This document shows positions 25,824 through 37,459 of a stretch of DNA of 64,000 bases, piece after piece. A program made the translations under genes and the position numbers. The stretch's first letter is position 1. Every line of letters begins with the position of its first letter. The stretch lies in contig MU053994.1 of assembly GCA_013239625.1 (NCBI GenBank), forward strand, positions 1,989,589 through 2,053,588. Direction: 5' to 3'. The notes beneath the pieces were generated by a model. It worked only from the letters and a program-made list of their open reading frames with translations, ran no database searches and was not told the origin of the DNA. Source of the DNA: Lama guanicoe. Lineage: Eukaryota.

Positions 25824-26139
25824 GCAAATGGCAACTTACTATTTCCGAGCCCCACCCCACATCTGGGGCTGTTCCAGTTTCCTCCCGCATCCTAAGGAGG
25901 TTTCCAACCCGAGGTTACTGGCCCAGTAGCCTGGAATAAACAGAGAACCCGGTCCCTGAGCTGGGCTCTGGCAGAGTCGGCAGGGCGGCACCCAGCAGTT
26001 GGGAGCAAAGATGCCCACAGGAAGTGCCACCACCCGGGCTGCGGCCGTGAGCAAAACTGAATCTTCAAACTGCTGGCTCTACACCCCTGCAAGGTCTCAA
26101 CTTTGAGCCCCCTCAGCAGTGAGGAATCAAATAAAACAA

Positions 26140-26510
26140 AACACCAACCAAAAAAACAGGACGGGGACCTTTGCGACACACAGCACAGCTCACGCTCATA
26201 CACATGATCCGGGGCACAAAAGAAGCCAGACACCAAAGGAGACAACACTAGATGATTCCACTTTATAGTTAAAAAGCAGGCAATCAGTCTCCAGTGATAA
26301 AGGTCAAGATACTGGTTGCCTCCGTGGGTGGGGGTACTAACTGGGAGGGGCATTACAGAACCTTCCGGAGCCATGGGGAAATTCTAGTTCTTGATCTGGA
26401 TGCTGGTGGCATAGTGTAGGCCTATGTAAAAATCTATCAAGCTGCACACTTACTGCACTGGACGCTTTTTATTGTATCTATTTTGCACCTCAAGGAAAAA
26501 GAAAAAACTA
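26140..26510 (+). mobile_element. Ancient L1 3' UTR fragment
   Basis: aaagaagccagacac...atgattccactttatag...cttgatctggatgctgg...tatgtaaaaatctatcaagctgcacactt. Confidence 0.8.
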
Positions 26511-27407
26511 CAGAAAGGAGAGGGAGCTGCTCTGAGGGGGGAGGTACCGCGATGAACCTTATTTTCCTTTTTATCAGAGTCCTGTGCAGAAGCTGCAGCC
26601 ACTTTGCCAAGCTCTGCCAGACCTCTCTCCTGAGGTCCCTCTCTGAGCGTGGCTCTCCTCAGCTGAAATGCAATTAGGGGGGAAAAAAAATGATGTCTCT
26701 GGCCCAGCTGCCACTGTGGAAGTGACCAGGAGGAACAGTGGGGGATCTGGAGGGAGTCAGGAGCTGCGGGGAGAAGAGAAAACAGGCGCATGGCTGAGCT
26801 GCACCAGCCAAATATTCCGCCATCCACAGATGCACCTTCTCCCTGAGCCCAGGCCTTGCAGGGGAAGACGAGACAGAAACCACGCCGTCGTTGACTCTCC
26901 AGCCACTCAGCTGAGCTGGCGACACAGGACGTGTTTCCACATAAATAAACGGGAGCAGCAAAAGGAGAGAGAACAAAGGCAGAGGGGAAAGGCAAAAAAA
27001 GACCAACAGCTGGAAACCAAGCCCATCTCTCGCTGTAATCTGAAGGGCTCCCAGCTCCTGTCTGTTCAAAGACATTCTGGACCCTGGGCGCGGGGGACAA
27101 GGCAGGCACCCTGCTCAGCGACACACTGAGGCGACCCCGAATTGCCCAAATGCCCCATCCCCGTATGTCCCATCACCTTCCATTTCAGAATGGCTGCTGG
27201 AATTCCTTGGGGTCTCGGACCACTGCCGTTCTTGCCCTGCTGTCTACCCCACCTGCCCGGTCCTCCTGTGGTCCTCACATGTCCCATGTGGAGGATATTT
27301 AACTCACAAAATTGCTCAGGCTGGGAACCTGGCAATTTCAGCCTTTCCATTTATGAGAAATTTCTCCAGATCTGTCAACTCCAGGAAATCAAAGTTCCAT
27401 CCATTGA

Positions 27408-27900
27408 TGTCTTAGTTTTAGATTTTTCCTCCAAAATAGCCCCTGAAATAAGGATTTGGGTACAGGTAGTTGATCTGAGAGGTGACCACAGGAGTCACAA
27501 GTGAGAGAGAGTGAGGAAAGAGACAGGACAGGGAGAAAGGCCAACAAAGGATGCTTTATTGCGAGAGTTCCCAGTCTGGGCTACTGGGGCACAGTTCTGC
27601 TGGAGATCCTCCAAGAAACTGCGTAGAAGACACCTCCAGGTTGTCCTCTCAAGGGACAAGGGAGCCAGGGTATGTACCCCTCTACCTCCATCTCTCAGTG
27701 GAAGAGGGTCACTCCTGAGGCATGAATTCCCTGGCATTTTAGAACTCTCTCCCTCTCCCTGTGTGTACACACACAGGCCAAGAATGGTCCTGAGGCCAGA
27801 GAACCTCAGACAGAGAGATGCAGGAAGTCACTGACCTGTAAGGATACAGTCTGCTATGACCTGCAGCATGGGCCAGCAGGGTAATACCAGCACCTGCTAC
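27408..27900 (-). mobile_element. ERVL solo LTR, LTR16-like
   Basis: tgtcttagtttt...ccctgaaataaggatttgggtacaggtagttgatctgagaggtgaccacagga...ctactggggc. Confidence 0.65.
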
Positions 27901-27974
27901 GTTTTGTCACCATATAGAGGAGCTACGCTCTACCTGCTACAAGATGCTGAAAGCAACTCTCAAGTTTGCCCACT

Positions 27975-28430
27975 GCACTGCAAGCAACACAAACCCAATT
28001 CAAATTAGCTGAGACCAAAAATGGGCATTTACTGATTCTTGGAACTGAACAGTCCAGGGAGACAACTGGCTTCAGGCATAGCTGGATCCAGGGGCTCACG
28101 TGGATCCAGAGCTCTGCCTCCCTTCATGGCTTGGCTCGACCTGACTCTGTAGAAAAGGCAGGCCTGCCATTCGCCGCAGCACCAGCTCCACAGCCTCCCA
28201 GCTTAGCAGCCCCAGCAGAAAGAGCGGTTCTCCCTATTGGCTCTGGCAGAGATGCTCTCAGGAAGATTCTGATTGGCCTGGATAGAATCACATGCCTACT
28301 CCTTAATTAATCGCTGTGGTCAGGGGAATAGATTGCTCTCATTGGCCAGGCCAAGCTCCATTCCTATTGTTGCAAGAGCGTGGGCCACCATGATTGACAG
28401 CCCCTCTGGCTACAAGTAATGGTACAGGGG
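27975..28430 (-). mobile_element. Old MaLR LTR, MLT1K/L-like
   Basis: gcaagcaacacaaacccaattcaaattagc...ggcttcaggcatagctggatccaggggctca...ctgattggcctgg. Confidence 0.7.
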
Positions 28431-28859
28431 CCCTTTCACAAAGAAAAAAGGACCCCACAGTGTAGTCACCTGCCAAAGGCTAGGCAATTAGTCAGTGAGC
28501 CGGGACCTCAACCTAGCAGGGACCTTATTCCTAAGCACAGGCAGCCTGTTATTGATGAAGAAACACATATTTGGTGCCCCAACAACCAGGCTGCTTGTGT
28601 CATCTTGAGCAACGGTCTTAACACATCTGAACCTCAGTGTTCTTATCTAGAAAATGGGAGTAGCAATGCTTTCCACCCGGATGGATGAGATGATTAAGTG
28701 ACACAGCCAGCAGAAAGCCTTCACCATGTCTGCCCGCAGTATTACCGCCCTTCTCCCAAATCACACATTCTTCTTTTCCATTCTTCTTATAAGACAGGGG
28801 AAAGAAAAGGAAAGGTATCATGTAGAGTTTCAAATGACACTCTGAAGGACAAGGAGAGG

Positions 28860-29190
28860 TGTCAGTACAAGTTACCTATTGCTCCATAACGAACCACCTT
28901 AAAATTTGGTAGCTTAAAACAACACACGCTTATTATCTCAGAGTGTCTGTGGGTCAGGAGCAGGGGGTCGGGGGGGCAGCCAGGCTCGGTGTTTCTGACC
29001 CCGGATCCCGCCTAAGGGTGCGGTCATTCGAAGGCTCGACCAGGCCTGGAAGACCTGCTCCCAAGACAGCTTGCGCACATGGCTGTGGGTGGGAGGCCTC
29101 AGCCCTCACCACGTGGGGCTCTCCACGAGCCCCCCGAATGTCCTCACCATGTGGCAGCCAGCCTCTCTCGGGAGGGGAAGAGTGTCAGCA
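28860..29190 (-). mobile_element. MaLR (MLT1-family) LTR fragment
   Basis: gttacctattgctccataacgaaccaccttaaaatttggtagcttaaaacaac...ttattatctcagagtgtctgtgggtcagg. Confidence 0.8.
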
Positions 29191-29684
29191 AATGCACGGA
29201 CATATCTGTCAAAGCACCACGGTGTCCAATCCAGGGTGGGGTTTCCACCAGCTGTTTCCTCCCCTCCTCACGCCTGTCCAGCTGGGCTCCCCACCCATCT
29301 CTCACTGTGCAGGGGTCATCCATGAAAGCAATCCACATGGTTTGTGTCCATCAGGTCACGCAGAAGAACGACGTAAAGCAGAGCACTACTGGGAATGGGT
29401 GGCGGCCCGGGGTTGGTACCACTGGGCCCCAGACGTCCAATAACCCAGGGCACGTTGCGAGCGCAGTTCTGCACTGCACGTCTGACTGTCCTCCATGCTC
29501 TCAGTGCCCATGGTTGCTTTCACAGAACAAAGTCTGTTCAACTGCCCTGTGGCTACCATGGGTCCTATCAGGGGCTGAAAACACTAAGTGGTTTCTGTGC
29601 CAGGGGCAGTCCCCACGGGGATGTCAGCTTGGAGTCGGGGCACATGAGTAGGCAGGCCTGGTCCTATAAAGAAGGAGCTGGCAT

Positions 29685-29825
29685 CGGTCTCACTTTACAG
29701 AGGAAGAAATTGAGGCTCAGAGAGGTTGAGCCACTTGCCCAAAATCATACAGCTAGTAACAAGCCGAGCCAGGCCTTGAACCCCTGTCACATCTCTTGCA
29801 CTAAACCATTTCTACATTGGATCTA
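29685..29825 (-). mobile_element. MIR SINE
   Basis: cactttacagaggaagaaattgaggctcagagaggttgagccacttgcccaaaatcatacagctagt. Confidence 0.85.
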
Positions 29826-30299
29826 GCATATTATGTAGGGCAGGGCTTCTTAAACTTTGTCACCAAAGGGCCCTAACAGCCTCCCGGCGGGGGGGGGTCT
29901 CTGGTTAGAGTTCAAAATGGCACTTCATGCCATTCATGCCCATCTACGTTGGATTCCATTAGACAGCCTCGTGCTTGTTTTAACAGACAAGCACCATTGA
30001 CAATCACTTAAAATCAAATACAATTGATCGTCCAGGAAACACTTCTGCTCTGACCCTGGGGTTTCAGTGCCCCAGCACCCCTGCAGCGACAGCGGAGTAC
30101 AGGGACTTCCCCTCTTACCCACCCCACCCCCATCTAAAATCACAGACGAAGGCCCCCAAGAGGGCCCGATGTCATCACAACTTCCTCCTCTTTTGTCACC
30201 CCCCACACCGCCCCCAGCAGTATTCCCAGCAGCTCTAAACTGAGGCAAGGACTCGGAGGCGAGGGTTGAGGCGGGGGACTTCTCCCACCCTGCTGCTTC

Positions 30300-31020
30300 A
30301 CCTATGCCCCCTCCTCCTCCTCCGCTCCCCGCAGCACCACATCAGCCCAGAACAGAACTTTGCACGTTCTGGATCTGAGCGGTTGCAGCCACCACCAACG
30401 CCCGGGAGGAAGGGGTTAAAAACATCTTTTATCTCTCAGCAGCCCTTTATATAGTCTACGTGTGACTCTGAATGGTTATGGCTTTATATAGAGCGTGCTC
30501 TGTGCGGAGGGAGAAACCGCCGTAGTTAAGGGAACAAAGACGGTTCTAGTCTAACGACCTGCTTTTATTTGTAGGGACCGCGTCTCCAAAGGGCGGCCTT
30601 CAGGTGACATCTGCCACGTTGAGGGTGTGCCTGAAGAATTACGCCAATAAACCCCGGAGATGCAAATGCAAGAGGGATGGGAACGTGCACAAATAAATGA
30701 AAGCCACTCCTGTTTATTGTTTCTGGGGAAAAAAAAAAAGAGAGAGAGAGAGAGAGAGAAATCACATGCTTCCCTTTTGGATGTTTTCACACAGAGCCGA
30801 ACCTTCAAATGTCAACTTCTGCAGGGTGTTTGACCTAAAAATAGTATAATTTCTGTGTCATTGGAAAAGCTGTTTAAAATGACAGACTTAAGCCTGATTT
30901 TTCTTACATCTAGGATGAGAAACCGAAGTTGCATTATTTCGGGGGCGCGGTCTTGGAAAAAAACAAGGCGTCCTTCATTTCACTAAAATGTGCCTGTTCC
31001 TGTGGTTTCTGCAGGTAAAA
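30300..31020. promoter_or_regulatory. Candidate promoter or enhancer; repeat-free, CpG-retaining and motif-dense
   Basis: Two CTTTATATAG copies (30445, 30482; minus strand CTATATAAAG), TTATCT (30429), CCAATAAA (30644), octamer ATGCAAAT (30660), SOX-like AACAAAG and ATTGTT. Confidence 0.45.
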
Positions 31021-31714
31021 TCCGTGTGGGATGGTTTTGGTCACTAGATCTCCTCTTTGTCCCTTGGATTAAGAATAATGGGGAGGAAAAAAAGAAAGGC
31101 ACATGTTGGGGGTGGTGGAGGGAGCTGGCAGTGATGTCCTGGGGCCCCCATCCACCTTTTGCATCTTAGATGAGAGCTGGCCTCCACTCACTCTGGGGAA
31201 CCAGAGGGCGACGACCCACATTGTCTCTGCCCAGCTCTCAAAATGAGCAAAGCCAGAGTTCTAACCCAGCGCACCTCTCGGCCAGGGGATGTCACACGCA
31301 CCCTGGCAGGCAGGCTGCCAGAAGCTCGCGGTTTGTTTAGACAGCTCGGGTCATTCCTGTCCACACCCCAGGCTGACGCGGCTTTATAAACACGGAGCAG
31401 GGAATGCGGTCTGTGAAGTAACCCGGGTCAGAGATACGCACAGGGGACAGGGCGGGGTTCATGTGGGAGGGGTCTGAACAGTTCTGCTCAGAGGGAGACA
31501 CGTTCCCCCCACCCCGAAGGACCCTACCCCCGCCCCCCTGGATGCAAGTGACTTTCCCAGTGCCAAGTCAGCCCAAAAAGGCAGTCACCATCCTTGAAAA
31601 CGACTCCAAATGCGACCCGTAGTCCAAACAGCCACTGGACTGGACCAGCTCTGAAAACAGGGCTGGGCTGGACTCCTCTCTGCACACCCCACAAACCCTG
31701 GGAGCTCCAGGCTG

Positions 31715-31830
31715 GGAGGCAGAAGACGAAGGTTCAAATCTTCCACCGCTCAGAACTGGCTGTGTGACCCTGAGCAAGTCACTTAATCTTTCTGAACCTT
31801 CATTTTCTAAATACAGGACTTAGACTAGCC
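31715..31830 (+). mobile_element. MIR SINE fragment
   Basis: ggttcaaatctt...ctggctgtgtgaccctgagcaagtcacttaatctttctgaacct. Confidence 0.8.
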
Positions 31831-32554
31831 CCCAAAGCCTGACCATTCTAGTGACTCCTCAATTTACACCTCCATTCCATGTAGGAAAGAACAAATGAAT
31901 TTATGAATTCATGAGTGAATAGCCTAAAGTAGGCGCCCCAAGCCAGAGCCACCCCTGCCCTGGGTCCAACCCTGCACCCGCATCCTTTCCCTGAGGACCT
32001 CGCATGCCAGAAAAGGTAAGCCCTTGACAAACCCTTCCCACAAACATGAATTCACAGACACGTCTTCAATGCTCCGGCGCCCAAGCCTCGCCCGACCTGG
32101 AGCATTTACGCAAGGCGGTGCTCGCCACCGATTCTCCAAGATTCTGCTCCCGTCCACCCTCTGCTTCCCGCGACGGAGCCCCAGGGAGCCAGGCCCGCAA
32201 GCTGCAGCACCAGGCCAAGGGGAAGACACAAACCCGCCGCCCTCTCCCTCCTCACACTTCACCAGTGGGTTCGTTTCAAAGCCTGTGGGTGTATTGCAAT
32301 GAGAACAACATGAAAACATGGGCGGATTCTTTTCTCTCGAAAAGAAAAAAAAACCTGAAACAACACGCTGAAGTAATAACAAGGCAGAACGTGGACATCT
32401 GCTTCCCGCCCTGAACAACTCCCCAGCTCACTTCTTCCCCAACCTTGTCACAGCCGCCACCCCTCCTCCCCCCCCCAGGCATGGATTGCCAAAAAAGCCC
32501 GAATTAATTCACCTGCATTGACTAGGCATAGCTACCTGCTGTTGTGTTGTTTGC

Positions 32555-33100
32555 TACTTGTTTGTTCATTCATTCAACTAAAAGGCAGCGCGCCCTCACC
32601 AGGTGCGGGGCGCTGCGTGTTGGGGGCTGTGGAGGCTTCATCTCCAACAAGCCTTTAAGCAAGCCTGCAGTCTAATGGGAGAGCTGAGACAAGCCCATTA
32701 ATAACTATGATACAGGGAGAAACGAGGCGAGGCAGAGATGCAGGAAGTGCTGGGGAAGGAAAAAAAGAACATTTGTTTGTGCGTGATGAGGGCTCGAAGT
32801 GACGGGCAGGAAGGCTTCATGGAGGAGGTGGCGGCTTCCACCTGGGCATTAAAGTCAAGGTGAAGTTACACAAGCCTGGCTGGAAAGGAAAGCCTTCTGG
32901 GCCGCGGATACTAAGTGAGGAAGGGTACAGGGGTGGCTGGCGTAGCGGCAGGGGTCCCAACACCAGCCACATTCAGTGCGAGCGCCCAGGAGCCGGGGCA
33001 GAGAAGGCCAGCAAATGGACGGAAGCGGACCCAAAGCGTGTACTGAGGCGTTTGGAGTTTATTCAGTTGGTAGAAGGGAACTACAGAAGGCGTCTTTGCC
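32555..33100 (-). mobile_element. L2 LINE fragment
   Basis: ttgttcattcattcaac...cagtctaatgggagag...aggaaggcttcatggaggaggtg. Confidence 0.7.
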
Positions 33101-33109
33101 GAGGAGAGT

Positions 33110-33580
33110 CTGCGGTCATTTGTCTGTCTCCTCCCTTGCGCTGCTCAGTATAGCAGGGAACTACGTTTCCCAGGTGACTTTGCAAGTGGCCTCTAGAGTC
33201 AGCCAATGGGAGATACCAGAGGGTGATAGCGGGCAGAAAGAGGGAGAAACCAGTGTATTTCTCCCCACTCTCTTTGCCTTAGGCGGCACCCCCAGCATCA
33301 GTTGCTTCTCCCTCATCCTGTGGTTCCAACTCCTGTTAGCTGACTCCAGCTCCCAGGTTCCTATAACACTTTCTCTACCTTTGTCCCTCCAGCCTGAGGG
33401 ATGCCAGCAGCTTCCTGCCATTGCTAATCTCTGGGTTGCTAACCTCTGCGTTACCTCACTGTGCCCTGTTTGGCTTTTTGGCTCCTCCAGAACCTATGAA
33501 GTCAGTTTCCTCGATTAAATTCGTTATGTTTCAATACCTAGAGAGGTTTCTGTTTTCTTGGCTGGACCCTCACTAATACA
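33110..33580 (+). mobile_element. ERVL solo LTR, LTR33-like
   Basis: gggaactacgtttcccagg...cagccaatgggag...attgctaatctctgggttg...gtttctgttttcttggctggaccctcactaataca. Confidence 0.7.
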
Positions 33581-34349
33581 GGGTAATTGGATCCAATTTG
33601 GCTTCAGAAGGCTTACGTTGGCTGCAGAGGGCCTGATTCGCAGTTTTTGCAGCCTCCCAGGGGAAAGGTGAGGAAGGGGGAGGGAGGCCTGAAGCAGGGC
33701 AGCGGCATGAGAATAGACAAAGGGAGACATTCAAAGAGCCCCAGAAGAGATGACACAGCAGGACCTCAGAGGCCTGGGACGTGAGTACCAAAGATGGTGC
33801 TGAACTTAGCTCGAGCCCCCGGGGGAATGGCTTGGCCACCAACAGAGACGGGAAGAGCAGGGCAGAGGCTGAACTGCAAAGGAGCTGATGAGCTGGACTC
33901 TTCTTTCTGCTTTTTTTCTCTTCTTTATTGCTCTTTTTTTCTTTAATCCCCGCACTTGGCTCTTGGGCTTTCCCTCATTGATTTTGGATTGAAGAGATTG
34001 ATGGAAGAGAACTCTGCAGGGAGCGAGCACCGGGAGACAGGAGCAGGAGGCAGAGAACACCTTCAGGCCCTAGGACGGGGCACAAAGGGAAGTGGGGCGG
34101 GGACACAGGGGAGCACAGAGAAGAGAGAAGGACAGGGCACGCGGGCTACTGGGGCCCGGAGGAAGCAGCATCACGAGCGTGATGATGGTCACAGCGTCGG
34201 GCAGCGAGCACAGAGGGCTGGTGACACACAGCCCAGCAGAGAGAGAGAGGAGGGAAGGCAGGGGGAGGCTTGCTCTGGGACAAGGTAGATCTGTGCCTGT
34301 GGGCAAGGGCCCAAAGAAGAGCAAATGCCCCAAGTGCCAGGGTGTGTGC

Positions 34350-34960
34350 TTTCATTCATTCATTCATTCACTCAACGAGTATTTACCACACACCTCTATG
34401 TGCCAAGCACTGTTCTGAGCACCAGGGATGGAACTGTGAATGAAAGCAGTGAAGAGTCCCCACCTGCTTAGGGATCCTATCTGAACAAAGGGAGATAGAC
34501 AATAAAAAAAAGCCACACTGGATATGTCACACTGCACATGATCGTAATGGCTCTGGCAGTTGGCATGTGTGGGGGACACAACTGTGGGGAGAGGTCGTTG
34601 TGATTTTAGTAGGCTGTTTGGGGAAGGCCTGGCTGAAAAGGAGACCTAGAGAGGGGAGGAAGCCAGCTGAGAGGCTATATGGTGGGAGTGCACGCCAGGC
34701 AGAGGGAATAGTCAGTGCAAAGGCCCTGAGGTAGATCTGTGCCCAGTGTGTTCCAGAAATGACAGTGAGCCCAGTGTGGCTGGAGTGGGGTCTGGGAGAG
34801 GCATGGGTAGCAGGACCTGAGGTCAGGGAGGTAGGGAGGAGGGGCCAGAGCAGGGAGGCCTTGTCAGTCAAAGTACGAACTTGAGCTTCTGTCTGAGGGA
34901 AATGAGGAGCCACAGGAGGGCTTTGAGCTAGAGCATGATGTGATCTGACTCAGGGTAGTG
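34350..34960 (-). mobile_element. L2 LINE 3' fragment
   Basis: (CATT)n tail, then ctcaacgagtattt...ctatgtgccaagcactgttctgagcac...gtgcaaaggccctgagg. Confidence 0.9.
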
Positions 34961-35845
34961 ACTGGGGAAAGGAGGTGAGAAGGCTGAAGACGGGGAAGCT
35001 ATTGTGGGGAGCTACCTCCCTGAGGCCCAAATGTACCAGGAGAGGGGTGATAGCCCTGAGAGCCAGTAGGGGGGACAGGGCTAAGGAGAGCCTCAGGCCT
35101 TTGCCATGACTCAGGCCAGGGTACCTGAGTGCACCGGGATTGGCCGGCACACAGTAGGACCCTCCCACCCTACGGATCACAATTCCACAGGACAAAGTAT
35201 TTATGAACTTCCTGAAGACCTCTGCCTTCCCCAGAAGCCTTGAGCAGGGATCTTTACTGTTCATCCTTGGTGTCCACGTGCAGGGGTAGGAACCACGAGC
35301 CTCTGGTCCTCTGGATTCCTCCGCTCCCAGAACCCCCTCCCCTGAGGCCTGCCCTCACACCCACCCTTTGGGTCCCCAGGCTCCCCAGTGGCCTGTCAGA
35401 AGGGCAGCTTGCACACTGGGACAACTTCAATGCACCACCCGCAGCCTGGCCCTGCCCCCGGAGCCATCCTCTTTTCTCCTGCACCCACCCATCAGCATCT
35501 GTGGGACTCAGTGGCAAGACCTGTCCCCCCTCACTCCTAAGACGGCCTGCCTCTGGGAAGGCCCTGGTTGTGGCTTCTTCAGACTTCCCATCAGCAATGG
35601 AACACACAGAGCCAGGGCAGTCAACCTTGTGATTTGGCTGGCTGTGTTTCATTCTAGAACTTCAGCCTAACCGCTTCACCTCAGTCTTTTTGGGCACCCA
35701 CAGGAGTATATATCTCTGTGCCCACGAATACAGACCTACTGGACCACTCCATCAGAAGAGCGGCTTCTCACAGCGTGAGATAGCAATTTCCCCTCAGAAA
35801 TCCGAGAACAACAGCAGTCCCTGGTGGGCAGTCAACAGCACTAGT

Positions 35846-36028
35846 TGGCAGCCATGTTGGAACTGGTGGCCATGTTGGAATTGGTGGCCATGTTGGAACT
35901 GGTGGCCATGTTGGAATTGGTGGCCATGTTGGAACTGGTGGCCATGTTGGAACTGGTGGCCATGTTGGAATTGGTGGCCAAGTTGGCCCGAACTAGTGGC
36001 CATGTTGGAACTGGTGGCCATGCTGGGA
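35846..36028. repeat. 18-bp minisatellite (VNTR), about 10 units of GCCATGTTGGAAYTGGTG
   Basis: Units start at 35851, 35869, 35887, 35905, 35923, 35941, 35959, 35977 (variant, +4 bp), 35999 and 36017. Confidence 0.97.
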
Positions 36029-37459
36029 AGGGTACATCCAAAAACAGGCACTGAGATCTCTTCGCTGCAGACTGCGCTCTTTGTAGAAATGGGGCTGCCA
36101 TTCTCTGTCCTCACAACCCCAAACTGTCAGTCTGGGGGAGCCCAGGTGTACTCAGCTGGGTATGAAAAGCACCACTTTTAGCTTTAGAGTCTGTTCCTAA
36201 ATCCTCTGAAACAGCAAAGTTTAGTCTCCCTGCTTGCCTTATGAAAGTTGACACTTTTGTACTCTACATAAAGTTGAACATTAAAAATAATAGCTTTTGT
36301 GTTGGAGTCTACATTTTCAATATTCATTTTCCACGCTTCAGGATAAAATATATGACCATTAAGTCGCTACAACAAGTTGAAAAACAAGATTACTGCTTTC
36401 ACATCCCGTGTGAGTTGCTAATAATCTTACCGTTATCCTGACATCGTGGTCAAGAGATATTGCTTTTAAAGTTATTGGGGTGGAAGGTCCTCAACACGAT
36501 GGGTTTTTTGAAAGGGAAGAGGGAGGAGGGGAGACTGATTTTATGGGGGTGGGTGTGATGTCTTTTTATACCTTTTATTATGGAGAATTTCAAACCTACG
36601 CAAAAGCCAAGGAAATCTTACAAGGAACTGCTGGGACCCACGGCCAGCCTCCACAGCCTGCCACCCAAGGTCCGTCATGTCCTGCTTATCCTGACCCCAA
36701 GATGCTCTGAAGTGAGCCCCAGAGAGCACACACTTCGTTCGCACGATACTGGGTCTTGTTAATAATGAAGAGGATTATTGTCAAGGGGTAGGACCTCTGT
36801 CGGCAGCCTTCCCTCTCTACTTGGGTAAAGCTGAGAGATGAACTTCAGCCCAGTCCATCCCCAGGAGGCATGGGACGCAAGTCAGTCTCCAGACCTGGGC
36901 CGTTTGGACCTTTGCTGCCGCAGGAACAGAAGGTGCGTCTTCAGCTTAATGAGGGGAGTGGGGATGGAGGGCTACATGCAAGGCCTTTCTCAGTTGCTCC
37001 CTGGACCCCTGCCCCCGCTGTGGGAAGAATACCCCATCTGTAAGAAATGACTTTTGGAGAAAAGCTCATCTGGGCCCATCATTTTATGTCAGCTTAATTA
37101 TGCATGGGGTTTTCCACTGCCCTCAAGAGTGAGGCCAGACTGGCCTTGTGTGCTCCAGCTCTGATGGTCTGACCCCCCACACCTCCCCTCTGCCTTCACT
37201 TCCTCCCAGCGCCCCACCCCCAGCCCATCACACTGAGCAGGAGGTGCCCTGGCTGGGTCCCGCGTGCCAGGTCCCGGCACCTTCACACACCCACACCCAC
37301 TGATCTCTCCTTCCGGAATATACCAGTCCCTTCCCACCAGCTACACACCTCCTGGTCCTTCAAAGCTCAGCTTTTGTCACCTCCTCCAGGAAGCCTTTAC
37401 TGTACTCCTCCAAAAAAAGCCAACCTCTGTGCTCACCAAGCACCTTACATGCTTGTCAC

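Noticed and set aside
35846..36028. CRISPR-like or other repeat-spacer array
   Set aside because: The units are head-to-tail with no unique spacers, there are no cas genes and the context is mammalian
35690..36181. ORFs with striking peptide repeats (WWPCWN, HGHQFQ, MATSSN, AMLELV)
   Set aside because: All are translations of the same 18-bp minisatellite, which is stop-free in several frames; there is no evidence for coding
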